From the NCBI GenBank assembly GCA_023473585.1, contig JAMCYU010000004.1:1682-65681 (forward strand): a stretch of DNA of 64,000 bases, in the 5' to 3' direction. Below are positions 30,693 to 41,661 of the stretch, piece after piece. Numbering within the stretch: the first letter of the stretch is position 1; each line of letters starts with the position of its first letter. A program made the position numbers and the translations under genes. The notes beneath the pieces were generated by a model. That model saw nothing but the letters and a program-made list of their open reading frames with translations. It made no database searches and had not been told where the DNA came from. This stretch comes from Patescibacteria group bacterium (GTDB lineage: Bacteria; Patescibacteriota; Microgenomatia; JAMCYU01).

Positions 30693-31991
30693 ATGAAAAG
30701 ACTCCTTGCGATTTGGTTAGGGAAAATCATTAACTTTATAAGTTCCATGGGTAAGTTTGGCGCCGGTTCGACGTGGCCGGGGCATGTTTCTTTAAAAATT
30801 AATCCCCAAATAATCTCCCAGCTGACTTCACAATTGAAAAAAGGGACAATCCTGATTGCCGGGACAAACGGCAAAACGACGACGGTTAAATTAATCTACC
30901 AAATCCTTAAAGAGGAAAATCCCGACATTATTATTAATGACAGCGGGGCGAATCTTCTCAATGGCTTTGCCTCAACTCTGATCAACAAAAGCGACTGGTT
31001 GGGAAAGATTAAGGCGTCATGGGCCGTTTTTGAAACCGACGAGGCGACATTACCTTTGGCTCTTGCGGAGACAGAGCCCAAAATTGTCATCATTCTTAAT
31101 TTATTTAGAGACCAATTGGATCGTTACGGAGAAATTGATTTGATCGCCGAAAAGTGGCAACAGGCGCTCAAAAAACTAAGCCTAGAGACAACGGTTATTT
31201 TAAACGCCGATGATCCCCATGTTGCCTTTTTAGGAAAAGGCCTTCGCAGTCGCGTTTTCTATTTTGGTCTCAACGATAAAAATCTTTTTTTGGCGAAAAT
31301 GGAGCATGCCGTTGACACCGTTTATTGTCCTTCGTGTAATGCCAAACTCGATTTCGAGGGCGTCTTTTTTTCTCATTTGGGATTTTGGTCTTGTCCCGGT
31401 TGTCGGTTTAGCCGTCCCACGCCAAATCTTTTTGTCTGGGATTATCCTTTGCCCGGGACTTATAACCGATATAATACCTTAGCCGCTGTTTTAGCGGCTA
31501 AAATTCTTGGGGTGGAAGATCAAAAAATTAATTTGAGTTTGCAAAAATTTAAACCCGCCTTCGGCCGTCAGGAGAAAATCAATTTGAACGGCAAAAATGT
31601 CCAAATCCTTTTAAGTAAGAATCCGGCCGGTTTTAACGAATGCCTAAGAACCTTAAAAGATTTTCCCGGTCAAAAAAAGACCGTTTTATTGGTTCTTAAT
31701 GACCGCATCCCCGACGGCCGGGACATTTCCTGGATTTGGGACGTTGACTTTGAGATCATTAAAGAAAACGTTAGTTCTTTGCTTGTAAGCGGTGATAGAG
31801 CTTTTGAATTGGCTTTAAGATTAAAGTATGCGGATTTTCCTTTGGAAAAAACCGAAGTCAAGACCGATCTAAAAGAAGCGCTTCAAAAGGGATTAGCGGA
31901 AATCCCCAAAAAAGAAACTTTTTATATCCTGCCTACTTATTCGGCCATGCTTGAAGTGAGAAAAATCTTGGGAGGCAGAAAGATTTTATGA
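30693..31991 (+). CDS. murT: Lipid II isoglutaminyl synthase, MurT subunit
   Basis: GTNGKTT, NLFRDQLDRYGE, DGRDISWIWD. Confidence 0.92.
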   Translation: MKRLLAIWLGKIINFISSMGKFGAGSTWPGHVSLKINPQIISQLTSQLKKGTILIAGTNGKTTTVKLIYQILKEENPDIIINDSGANLLNGFASTLINKSDWLGKIKASWAVFETDEATLPLALAETEPKIVIILNLFRDQLDRYGEIDLIAEKWQQALKKLSLETTVILNADDPHVAFLGKGLRSRVFYFGLNDKNLFLAKMEHAVDTVYCPSCNAKLDFEGVFFSHLGFWSCPGCRFSRPTPNLFVWDYPLPGTYNRYNTLAAVLAAKILGVEDQKINLSLQKFKPAFGRQEKINLNGKNVQILLSKNPAGFNECLRTLKDFPGQKKTVLLVLNDRIPDGRDISWIWDVDFEIIKENVSSLLVSGDRAFELALRLKYADFPLEKTEVKTDLKEALQKGLAEIPKKETFYILPTYSAMLEVRKILGGRKIL

Positions 31992-32788
31992 AACTTGTTA
32001 TCGGTTGGCTTTATCCGGATTTAATGTCAACTTATGGCGATCGGGGCAATATTATAAGTCTTCAAAAAAGATGTCAGTGGCGTGACATTGAAGTTGAAAT
32101 AAAATCAATTACTTTGGAAAGTAAGGGAGAAGAACTTTTAGATTGTGACTTTCTTTTTATGGGCGGAGCTCAAGACCGCCAGCAAAAAATCGTGAGTGAG
32201 GATTTAAGAACAAATAAGGGGCCTATTATTAAGCACCTGATTGAAGGGAATCTTCCCGGTCTTTTTGTTTGCGCCGCTTATCAATTTTTCGGACGATATT
32301 ATCGGTCGGCAGAAGGCGAGGAAATCCCGGGCCTGGGAATTTTTGATTTAGAAACGGTTCACCCCGGAAAAACAAAAACAAGATGCATTGGCAATATTGT
32401 TGTTCGAATAACCAATAACTCCGCCAAAGGCGGATCCGCCTCTGGAGGACAATTACCAATAACTAATTACCTGGTGGGGTTTGAGAATCATGGGGGAAGG
32501 ACTTATTTAGGGAGAAATTTGAAACCGTTAGGGGAGGTGGTAGTGGGATACGGCAATAACGGGGAAGACAGAAAAGAGGGCTGCGTTTATAAAAATGCCA
32601 TTGGAACCTATCTCCACGGGCCAGTTTTGCCGAAAAATCCTCATTTGGCCGATTTCTTAATCAAACTCGCTCTTTCCAAAAAAGCCGGTGGTGAGGTAGA
32701 ATTGAAAAAGCTTGAAGATAGTGTAGAATGGAAAGCCCACGAGAGTCTTTTGGCAAAACTAAGTTTAAAAGGAAATAAAAATGAATAA
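31988..32788 (+). CDS. gatD: Lipid II isoglutaminyl synthase, GatD subunit
   Basis: YGDRGN, GFENH, HGPVLPKNP. Confidence 0.92.
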   Translation: MKLVIGWLYPDLMSTYGDRGNIISLQKRCQWRDIEVEIKSITLESKGEELLDCDFLFMGGAQDRQQKIVSEDLRTNKGPIIKHLIEGNLPGLFVCAAYQFFGRYYRSAEGEEIPGLGIFDLETVHPGKTKTRCIGNIVVRITNNSAKGGSASGGQLPITNYLVGFENHGGRTYLGRNLKPLGEVVVGYGNNGEDRKEGCVYKNAIGTYLHGPVLPKNPHLADFLIKLALSKKAGGEVELKKLEDSVEWKAHESLLAKLSLKGNKNE

Positions 32789-33074
32789 GCAAAAAATAAC
32801 GACAGCTGAGATTGAACATATTGCCGCCCTGGCTCAACTTAAATTGACCCGCCCCGAGATTGAAAAATTTCAAAAACAACTTTCCCAAGTTTTGGCTTAT
32901 GTTAGTCAATTGGCTAAGGTTAAAACTCAAAACGTTGAACCGACAAGTCAGGTTACCGGTTTGGAAAATAGCTTTCGCGAAGACGAAATTAAAGATTCTT
33001 TAACCCAAAAAGAGGCCTTATCCTTTGCCGGAGAGGTTAAAGACAATCTTTTTAAAGTTAAGGCCATTTTTTAA
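32781..33074 (+). CDS. gatC: Asp/Glu-tRNA amidotransferase subunit C
   Basis: HIAALA..L and REDE motifs; synteny. Confidence 0.9.
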   Translation: MNKQKITTAEIEHIAALAQLKLTRPEIEKFQKQLSQVLAYVSQLAKVKTQNVEPTSQVTGLENSFREDEIKDSLTQKEALSFAGEVKDNLFKVKAIF

Positions 33075-34508
33075 ATGAATTTAAATGATTTAACCGTTCA
33101 GGAAGCAATTTTCGGTTTAACCTCTAAAAAGTTTTCCGCCAGAGAGGTTACCTCGGCGTGTCTGGAACAGATTAAAAAATTAAACAAAGAAATCAAGGCC
33201 TATCTTACCATTAGTGAAAAAGAGGCTTTAGAAGCGGCGGAAAAAAGCGATCAGGAACGAAGGGAAAACCCTCTTTTAGCTCAAGAAAAGCCCCTTTTAG
33301 GGATTCCGGTTGCCCTTAAAGACCTTTTTTGCACTAAGAACATGAAAACAACGGCGGCATCCAGGCTTTTGAAAGATTATTTTCCCCAATATGACGCGAC
33401 CGTCGTTTCGAAACTGAAAAAAGCCGGAGCCGTCATTTTAGGGAAAACCAATTGTGACGCCTGGGCTCACGGTGCCAGCGGCGAAAATTCCGATTTTGGT
33501 CCGACAAAAAATCCCTGGAACAAACAACTCGTGCCGGGCGGGTCTTCTTCCGGTTCGGCCGCGGCCTTGATTAGTTCTCAGTGTCTGGCAGCCACCGGAA
33601 CCGATACCGGCGGTTCGGTACGACTTCCGGCCGCTTTTTGCGGCGTGGTGGGTTTAAAACCGACTTACGGCCGAGTTTCCCGTTACGGGATTATCGCTAT
33701 GGCTTCATCCATGGACGCGATCGGTCATTTTACCAGAACGGTTTATGACTCGGCTCTTCTTTTAAAAGTCACGGCCGGCAAGGATAATTTTGACGCGACG
33801 ACACCAAACGTCGCCACGGAAAATTTTACCGCTTCTCTTGATCGGGGAATTAAGAACCTAAAGATTGGTATTCCCAAAGAATATTTTGGCAAAGGAATTG
33901 ACCGAAGAATTGAAGAAACAATTAAAAAGGCCGTGAAAAAACTGGAGGCCTTGGGAGCCAAAATTATTGAGGTGTCTTTACCTCACACCGAATATGCCCT
34001 GGCCGTTTATTATATCATTCAACCGTCAGAGGTCTCCTCGAATTTAGCCCGTTACGACGGGATTAGATTCGGACTAACGAGAGACGAATTCGGCGACGAA
34101 GCGAAAAGAAGAATCATGTTGGGAACATACACGCTTTCGGCCGGTTATTATGATGCCTATTATTTAAAAGCGATGAAAGTCCGAACGCTAATTAAAAAAG
34201 ATTTTGCCGAGGCTTTCAACAAAGTTGATGTTCTGATTGCGCCGACTTCACCAAATCTTCCCTGGAAACTAGGTGAAAAAGTCGCCGATCCTTTAAAAAT
34301 GTATCTGGCCGACATCTTAACGGTAACGGCTAATTTAGCCGGTATTCCGGGGTTGTCTTTGCCTTGCGGCTTTGTGGAAGAAAAGGGTTGTCAGTTGCCG
34401 GTGGGAATGCAGATTTTAGGTCCCCATTGGTCGGAAAAATTATTGTTTCAGGTCGGACATGCTTATGAACGAGAAACAAACTTTTTTAAAATCAAACCCA
34501 AATTATAA
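33075..34508 (+). CDS. gatA: Asp/Glu-tRNA amidotransferase subunit A
   Basis: PGGSSSGS, DTGGS, SNLARYDG, RRIMLGT. Confidence 0.95.
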   Translation: MNLNDLTVQEAIFGLTSKKFSAREVTSACLEQIKKLNKEIKAYLTISEKEALEAAEKSDQERRENPLLAQEKPLLGIPVALKDLFCTKNMKTTAASRLLKDYFPQYDATVVSKLKKAGAVILGKTNCDAWAHGASGENSDFGPTKNPWNKQLVPGGSSSGSAAALISSQCLAATGTDTGGSVRLPAAFCGVVGLKPTYGRVSRYGIIAMASSMDAIGHFTRTVYDSALLLKVTAGKDNFDATTPNVATENFTASLDRGIKNLKIGIPKEYFGKGIDRRIEETIKKAVKKLEALGAKIIEVSLPHTEYALAVYYIIQPSEVSSNLARYDGIRFGLTRDEFGDEAKRRIMLGTYTLSAGYYDAYYLKAMKVRTLIKKDFAEAFNKVDVLIAPTSPNLPWKLGEKVADPLKMYLADILTVTANLAGIPGLSLPCGFVEEKGCQLPVGMQILGPHWSEKLLFQVGHAYERETNFFKIKPKL

Positions 34509-34537
34509 TTATCGGTTTGATACTATGATTTAAATCA

Positions 34538-35887
34538 ATGAATCAAACAAAGCTAAAAGTAAACAAAAAAACAAAATATCTGCCGATTATAGGTTTGGAG
34601 ATTCATGTGGAGTTGAAAACCAAGTCCAAGATGTTTTGTGGCTGTTCGGCCGATTATTTTGGTCATGAACCCAACAGCCAGTGTTGTCCGATTTGTTTGG
34701 GTTTGCCGGGAGCCTTACCTTTTCCTAACAAAAAAGCGATTAGAGACTGTTTAGTAATCGGCCTGGCCTTAGATTGTCAGGTTGTCGAGACTTCGCAATT
34801 TGACCGGAAAAACTATTTTTATCCGGATTTAGCCAAGGGTTTTCAGATTTCCCAATACGCAAACCCCTTTTGTCTTAACGGAAAATTGGGAGAAATTCGG
34901 ATTCGTCGGGTCCACATGGAAGAAGACACCGGCAAGCTTTTACACGCCCAAGAAGGGACACTGATTGATTTTAATAGAAGCGGCGTGCCTTTGGTGGAGA
35001 TTGTGACCGAGCCCGATCTTCATACCGCTTCGGAGGCTAAAATTTTCCTGCAAAAACTTCAGCAAATCATCCGTTACTTAGGCGTTTCTGATGCGGATAT
35101 GGAAAAGGGGAGTATGCGTTTGGAACCGAATATTTCCTTAATAAAGACCAATACTACCAATAAATACCAATTACCAAGTTATAAAGTCGAGGTTAAAAAT
35201 ATCAATTCTTTTAAGTTTGTCGAAAAGGCCATTAATTTTGAAATTGAAAGACAACAGGCATTATTGGAAAAAGGCGAGGTTATTCATCAGGAAACCAGAA
35301 GATTTGACGCCGATAAAGGTTTAACGCTCCCCCAGCGGAGTAAAGAGGAGGCTAAAGATTATCGCTATTTTCCGGAACCGGATATTCCGCCCATCAAATG
35401 GACAAAAGAAGAAATTAACAATCTTAAAAATAAAATCCCGGAATTACCGGAAACCAAACTTAAGCGCTTTATAAAAGAGTACGGGCTTTCGGAGTATGAC
35501 GCCACGATTTTGACGGTTTCCCTAGCGGTTGCCGATTATTTTGAAGAAAGTATTAAGTATTTAGTATCAAGTATTGAGTCTAAAGAGATAACGCCAAAAA
35601 TCATTGCCAATTGGCTTATTAATAAAAAAGTTGATATTGATAAAAACTCACCAGAAGATTTAGTAGAAATGATTGCTCAAAAAAGTCAACAAGCAACAAT
35701 TTCTGACGAAGAACTGGAAAAAGCGACGCTAAAAGTTTTGCTTGACAATCCAAAGGCGGTCAGCGATTATAAAGCGGGTAAAGAGCAGGCCTTAATGTTT
35801 TTGGTCGGTCAGGTTTTAAAAATGGTTAAAGGTCAGGCCAGCGGGGAAGAGATTAAAACATTAATAAAAGAGGAGCTTATAAAATGA
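34538..35887 (+). CDS. gatB: Asp/Glu-tRNA amidotransferase subunit B
   Basis: IGLEIH, RKNYFYPD, DYRYFPEPD. Confidence 0.95.
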   Translation: MNQTKLKVNKKTKYLPIIGLEIHVELKTKSKMFCGCSADYFGHEPNSQCCPICLGLPGALPFPNKKAIRDCLVIGLALDCQVVETSQFDRKNYFYPDLAKGFQISQYANPFCLNGKLGEIRIRRVHMEEDTGKLLHAQEGTLIDFNRSGVPLVEIVTEPDLHTASEAKIFLQKLQQIIRYLGVSDADMEKGSMRLEPNISLIKTNTTNKYQLPSYKVEVKNINSFKFVEKAINFEIERQQALLEKGEVIHQETRRFDADKGLTLPQRSKEEAKDYRYFPEPDIPPIKWTKEEINNLKNKIPELPETKLKRFIKEYGLSEYDATILTVSLAVADYFEESIKYLVSSIESKEITPKIIANWLINKKVDIDKNSPEDLVEMIAQKSQQATISDEELEKATLKVLLDNPKAVSDYKAGKEQALMFLVGQVLKMVKGQASGEEIKTLIKEELIK

Positions 35888-36570
35888 CGGAACAAAACGC
35901 TGAAATTTCTCATGGAAAAAGTATCCCAGAAAGACAAAAACATATTAAAGATCGAATCGATCAAACTAAAAAGTGGCTTGTTGGTTTAAGACAACAAACT
36001 CAAGAAGGTCAATTATCTTGGGAGCAATACGATCATTTAATCGCTAGGGCGATGGTTGCCAGGGAAAGATACGCTGACCTTTCAAGGAGACATTCCCTTA
36101 TAGACAGACTAACGCAAATTCCTAATCGAAGATGGTTAGACTTGGAAATCCAAAGAGAGACGGAAGAAGCCAAGCGTTCCGGACAACCCCTAGGCCTTTT
36201 AATTATAGACATTGATCATTTTAAAAGGATAAACGACCTTCATGGTCACCCTAAAGGTGACCAAGTTTTGCAAGAAACTGCGCGAACTTTACAACAATAT
36301 TCTCGGGCTGAAGATTTTTTAGCCAGATACGGCGGCGAAGAATTTGCCGTTTTAGTTATTAATTCTCAACCGGAAAAACTTTCGGAGATTGCCGAACGGT
36401 TGCGTTTGCAAATAGAAAGATTACAAATAGAAGGTATCTCGCCGCTAACCATCAGCCTGGGTGGCACGTCATTTAAAAAAGGAGAACAAATTAAAGATTT
36501 TTTTGCGAGAGCCGACAATGCCTTATATCAGTCAAAAGAACGCGGAAGAAATAAAGTAACAATTTCTTAA
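35884..36570 (+). CDS. Diguanylate cyclase (GGDEF)
   Basis: DIDHFK.IND..GH, RAED I-site, RYGGEEF. Confidence 0.92.
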   Translation: MTEQNAEISHGKSIPERQKHIKDRIDQTKKWLVGLRQQTQEGQLSWEQYDHLIARAMVARERYADLSRRHSLIDRLTQIPNRRWLDLEIQRETEEAKRSGQPLGLLIIDIDHFKRINDLHGHPKGDQVLQETARTLQQYSRAEDFLARYGGEEFAVLVINSQPEKLSEIAERLRLQIERLQIEGISPLTISLGGTSFKKGEQIKDFFARADNALYQSKERGRNKVTIS

Positions 36571-36574
36571 ATTT

Positions 36575-39500
36575 ATGGCTGATTTTGTTCATCTTCATGT
36601 TCACACGGAATATTCTCTCCTTGACGGGTTAGCGAAAATTCCCGAGCTCTTAGCCCGGGCTAAAGAACTGGGAATGACTGCTTTGGCCATTACCGATCAC
36701 GGAACGATGTACGGGGCTTTTAAGTTTTATCTAGCCGCCCGTGATTTAGGCGTTAAGCCGATTATCGGCATGGAAGCTTACGTTGCTTCCCACTCGCGTT
36801 TTGATAAGCAACCCGGTTTGGATAAAGATCAATTTCACTTAACCCTTTTAGCCAAAAATGAGCAAGGGTATAAAAATTTAATGAAATTAACGACCATCGC
36901 TCATTTGGAAGGGTTTTACTACAAACCCCGAATTGATCTGGAGGTTTTAAAGACCTACTCGGAGGGTTTAATTGCCCTTTCCGGTTGTCTGGAAGGAGAA
37001 ATTCCTCATCTTTTACGGATCGGGCAGGACAACAAAGCCGAAGAAAAAGCCAGACAATTTACGGAAATTTTTCCAGAGGATCATTTTTATTTAGAAATTC
37101 AGGCTCATCCGAAAATTGAAGATCAGAGAAAAGTTAACGAGAAAATTATCGCTCTTTCCCAAAAAATCGGCTTACCGCTGGTGGCGACGAATGACAGTCA
37201 TTATGTCAATCCCGAGGACGCCGAAGCTCAGGAAATTTTGCTTTGTGTTCAAACCCAACACACGCTTTTGGAAAAAGACCGACCCTTGTCCATGATTAGT
37301 TCGCCTGATTTTTATTTACGCTCACCCGAAGAAATGAGCGGCCTATTCATCCGTAATCCGGAGGCCATCGCCAATACCGTAAAAATTGCCCAGATGTGCG
37401 ATGTGGAAATTGACATGGGTAAATGGATTTTGCCGCATTTTTCCGTTCCCGACCAAAGCTCCGCAGGCGACTACATGAAAAAACTCTGTGAGGAAAGACT
37501 TCTGGAAAGATTTGCCAAGGTTACGCCGGAAATACGGCAACGTTTGGATTACGAACTTTCGGTCATTTCCCAAAAGGGCTATTCGACTTATTTTTTAATT
37601 GTCCAGGACTTTGTCAATTGGGCCAAAAAACAAGAGATTGCCGTGGGTCCCGGTCGGGGATCCGTGGCGGGTTCCTTGGTTTCTTATATTTTAAAAATTA
37701 CCGAGCTTGATCCCCTTTTCCATAATCTTCCTTTTGAAAGATTTTTGAATCCGGACAGGCCTTCACCGCCAGACATTGATTTGGATTTTGCTGATGATCG
37801 GCGAGACGAAGTCATTGCCTACGTAACGCAAAAATACGGTAAGGACAAAGTGGCGCAAATCATTACCTTTGGGACCATGGAGGCCAGACAAGCCGTCAGA
37901 GACACGGGTCGAGCTTTGGGGATGCCTTACTCTCAACCGGATCGCATTGCCAAGCTTATTCCGCCGGGAGTCCAGGGTTTTCCCATGACGATTTCTCGGG
38001 CGATTGAGATTACGCCCGAACTGGCCGCGGCTTATCAAAGCGAGCCGGAAACTCACAAACTTTTGGATTTATCCCGTAAGCTTGAAGGCGTTTCACGCCA
38101 CGCTTCGACGCACGCCGCCGGCGTGGTGATTGCCGATAAACCACTGGTTGAATATACGCCGCTTCAGAAAGAGGTCAAGGGCGAAAAAATTATCACGCAA
38201 TATGACATGTATTGTCTTGACTTAAATGCGGCCGCCGAGGGCCGGGCTGTCGGTCTTTTGAAAATGGATTTTTTGGGACTGCGAAACCTAACCATTCTGC
38301 AAAATACGATTAAATTTATTAAAGTAACCCGACAGGAAGAAATTAAACTTGATAAAATTCCCCTTGACGACCCGGCGGTTTTTAAAATTATCGCTAGCGG
38401 CGACACAACCGGCATTTTTCAAATGGAATCTTCGGGGATGAGAAGACTGGCCAGGGATTTAAAGCCGACAAAATTTTCCGATCTTTCCGCGATGGTCGCT
38501 CTTTATCGGCCCGGGCCGATGGAGTGGATCAACGATTTTATTGCCGCCAAAAAAGACCCCAGCAGTATTAAATATCCCCATCCTGATCTTAAGTCCATCT
38601 TGGCCGAAACATACGGGATTGCCGTTTATCAGGAACAATGCATGCAAATTGCCAACAAAATGGCCGGTTACAGTTTGGCCGAAGCGGATCGTTTTCGTTT
38701 GGCCATCGGCAAGAAAAAACGGGGTTTAATGGAAAAAGAAAAAGAAAAGTTTTTGGCAGGTTGTAAAAAACAAGGATATACGGAAAAAGTGACTGAAAAG
38801 ATTTTCTCCTTAATTGAAAAATTTGTCGGGTACGGTTTTAATAAGGCCCACAGCGCTTCTTATGCCATGATTGCTTACCAAACGGCCTACATGAAAGTCC
38901 ATTACCAGGTGGAATTTATGACGGCCGTTTTGACCGCCGAAAGCCGGGGGAGTTCGGGACCGGCCAAAGACGAAAAATTGGCTTTGGCGGTTGAGGAATG
39001 TCGCAAAATGAAGATTAATCTTTTACCTCCCGATATTAACACTTCCAATATCGAGTTTACCATTGAAGGAAAACAAATCCTTTTTGGTCTTTCCGCCATT
39101 AAAAACGTGGGCGAAGCGGCGATCGAAACTATTTTGTCGGCCAGAGAAAAAGATGGTCGTTTTATCTCTTTGGCTAATTTTTGCCAACGGGTTGATCTTC
39201 AGAAAGTGAACCGTAAAACCCTGGAAAGTTTAATCAGGGCGGGAGCCATGGATGCTTTTGGAAAAAGAGCTTCGATGCTGGCCTCACTTTCGAAAATTAT
39301 GGACGACAGTCATAAGGAACAAAAACGGCAAACCTCTGGTCAAACAAGCCTGTTTGACGGTTCATCTGACCGAGAGGTTGAGGATTGTCTGGTTGATATG
39401 GAAGAATTGTCAAAGGCGGAGCTTCTGTCTTTTGAGCGGGAATTATTGGGATTTTATTTAACCGAACATCCCTTACGTCCCGTTCTGGCTTCATTAGCTA

Positions 39501-39799
39501 ATCGCATTAGCCATCAGATCAGCGAATTAGACGAAGCTGCTTCCGGTTCAAAAGTCTTAATAAGCGGCGTTGTCAGCCAAATTAAAAAAATTTTAACAAG
39601 ACAAAGTAATGCCGAAATGGCTTTTATGAAAATAGAAGACCTAACCGGTTCCATTGAAATCGTGATTTTTCCGAAAATCTATGCGCAAACAAAAGACGAT
39701 CTTGTTAAAGATCAGGTTGTTTTAGTCATCGGCCGGTTGGATTTTAAAGACGAAAAACCTGTGGTTTTGGCCGAAAAAATTGAAAATATCAGTGCTTGA
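36575..39799 (+). CDS. dnaE: DNA polymerase III alpha subunit
   Basis: PHP domain, GRGS, PDIDLD, YGFNKAH. Confidence 0.97.
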   Translation: MADFVHLHVHTEYSLLDGLAKIPELLARAKELGMTALAITDHGTMYGAFKFYLAARDLGVKPIIGMEAYVASHSRFDKQPGLDKDQFHLTLLAKNEQGYKNLMKLTTIAHLEGFYYKPRIDLEVLKTYSEGLIALSGCLEGEIPHLLRIGQDNKAEEKARQFTEIFPEDHFYLEIQAHPKIEDQRKVNEKIIALSQKIGLPLVATNDSHYVNPEDAEAQEILLCVQTQHTLLEKDRPLSMISSPDFYLRSPEEMSGLFIRNPEAIANTVKIAQMCDVEIDMGKWILPHFSVPDQSSAGDYMKKLCEERLLERFAKVTPEIRQRLDYELSVISQKGYSTYFLIVQDFVNWAKKQEIAVGPGRGSVAGSLVSYILKITELDPLFHNLPFERFLNPDRPSPPDIDLDFADDRRDEVIAYVTQKYGKDKVAQIITFGTMEARQAVRDTGRALGMPYSQPDRIAKLIPPGVQGFPMTISRAIEITPELAAAYQSEPETHKLLDLSRKLEGVSRHASTHAAGVVIADKPLVEYTPLQKEVKGEKIITQYDMYCLDLNAAAEGRAVGLLKMDFLGLRNLTILQNTIKFIKVTRQEEIKLDKIPLDDPAVFKIIASGDTTGIFQMESSGMRRLARDLKPTKFSDLSAMVALYRPGPMEWINDFIAAKKDPSSIKYPHPDLKSILAETYGIAVYQEQCMQIANKMAGYSLAEADRFRLAIGKKKRGLMEKEKEKFLAGCKKQGYTEKVTEKIFSLIEKFVGYGFNKAHSASYAMIAYQTAYMKVHYQVEFMTAVLTAESRGSSGPAKDEKLALAVEECRKMKINLLPPDINTSNIEFTIEGKQILFGLSAIKNVGEAAIETILSAREKDGRFISLANFCQRVDLQKVNRKTLESLIRAGAMDAFGKRASMLASLSKIMDDSHKEQKRQTSGQTSLFDGSSDREVEDCLVDMEELSKAELLSFERELLGFYLTEHPLRPVLASLANRISHQISELDEAASGSKVLISGVVSQIKKILTRQSNAEMAFMKIEDLTGSIEIVIFPKIYAQTKDDLVKDQVVLVIGRLDFKDEKPVVLAEKIENISA

Positions 39800-39854
39800 C
39801 TTATCTTCGCTAAATAGATAAAATTTAACTGAAAAATAATTAAGAAAAAGAAAA

Positions 39855-40827
<973 letters not shown>

Positions 40828-40849
40828 AAGAAGGAGAAAAGGAAAGAGC

Positions 40850-41329
40850 ATGGAAAGCTTAGGTCTTGATATTAAATTACTTTTAGCTCAAGTCGTCAAT
40901 TTCTTAGTTCTTTTGTTTGTTCTCAAGAAATTTCTTTACCGGCCGATCTTGAAGGTTTTGGACGAACGGAAGAAAAAAATTGAAGACAGTTTAGCTAATG
41001 CCGAGAAGATCAACAAAGAATTAGTCAAACTTGAAGAGGAAAAGGCAAAAATTCTTAAAGCCGCCCAAACCGAGGCGGTTAAACTTATCGCTGAAGAAAA
41101 GAAATTCGCCGAAGAACAAAAAGAAAAAATCATTGAAGAGGCAAAGATGAAGGCCGTTGAAGAAGTTGCCAAGGGAAGTGTTTTAGCCAAACAAGAACTT
41201 GAGAAGGCCAAAAAAGAACTTCGGGAAGAAGTTTTGAGACTGACCGAAGTTATGACCAGAAAAGTTTTATCTCGGGGACTTTCCGATCAGGAAAAGCACG
41301 AATTAATTAAAAAGGCGATTGAGGAATGA
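40850..41329 (+). CDS. atpF: ATP synthase subunit b
   Basis: TM plus coiled coil; AQVVNF. Confidence 0.93.
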   Translation: MESLGLDIKLLLAQVVNFLVLLFVLKKFLYRPILKVLDERKKKIEDSLANAEKINKELVKLEEEKAKILKAAQTEAVKLIAEEKKFAEEQKEKIIEEAKMKAVEEVAKGSVLAKQELEKAKKELREEVLRLTEVMTRKVLSRGLSDQEKHELIKKAIEE

Positions 41330-41652
41330 AAAAAGCCGAAGATATCGTTGAGGGTTTTTTGCACTTTTTATCTTCAAGTCGGAATCTTGATCTTCTCCCT
41401 CAGATAATTTCGCTTTTAAGCCAAGAACAGGAAGGAAAAAAAGACGAAGCCAAGATCATTTCGGCCGTCGTTTTAAACCCCGAAGAAGAGGAAAGAATAA
41501 AGCAATATTTAAAAAGAAAATTCGGCAAAAATTTTGTTCTTAAAATCGAAATCAACGAAGAAATCATGGGAGGATTAATTATTAAAGTCGAAGACAAAGT
41601 TATTGACTTAAGCCTTGACGGCAAACTGAAATCTTTAAAAGAACAATTGTAA
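41326..41652 (+). CDS. atpH: ATP synthase subunit delta (short form)
   Basis: IMGGLII...IDLS. Confidence 0.88.
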   Translation: MKKAEDIVEGFLHFLSSSRNLDLLPQIISLLSQEQEGKKDEAKIISAVVLNPEEEERIKQYLKRKFGKNFVLKIEINEEIMGGLIIKVEDKVIDLSLDGKLKSLKEQL

Positions 41653-41661
41653 TGTAAAACC

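Noticed and set aside
36575-39799. Intein or split in dnaE
   Set aside because: Normal length; no intein motifs seen
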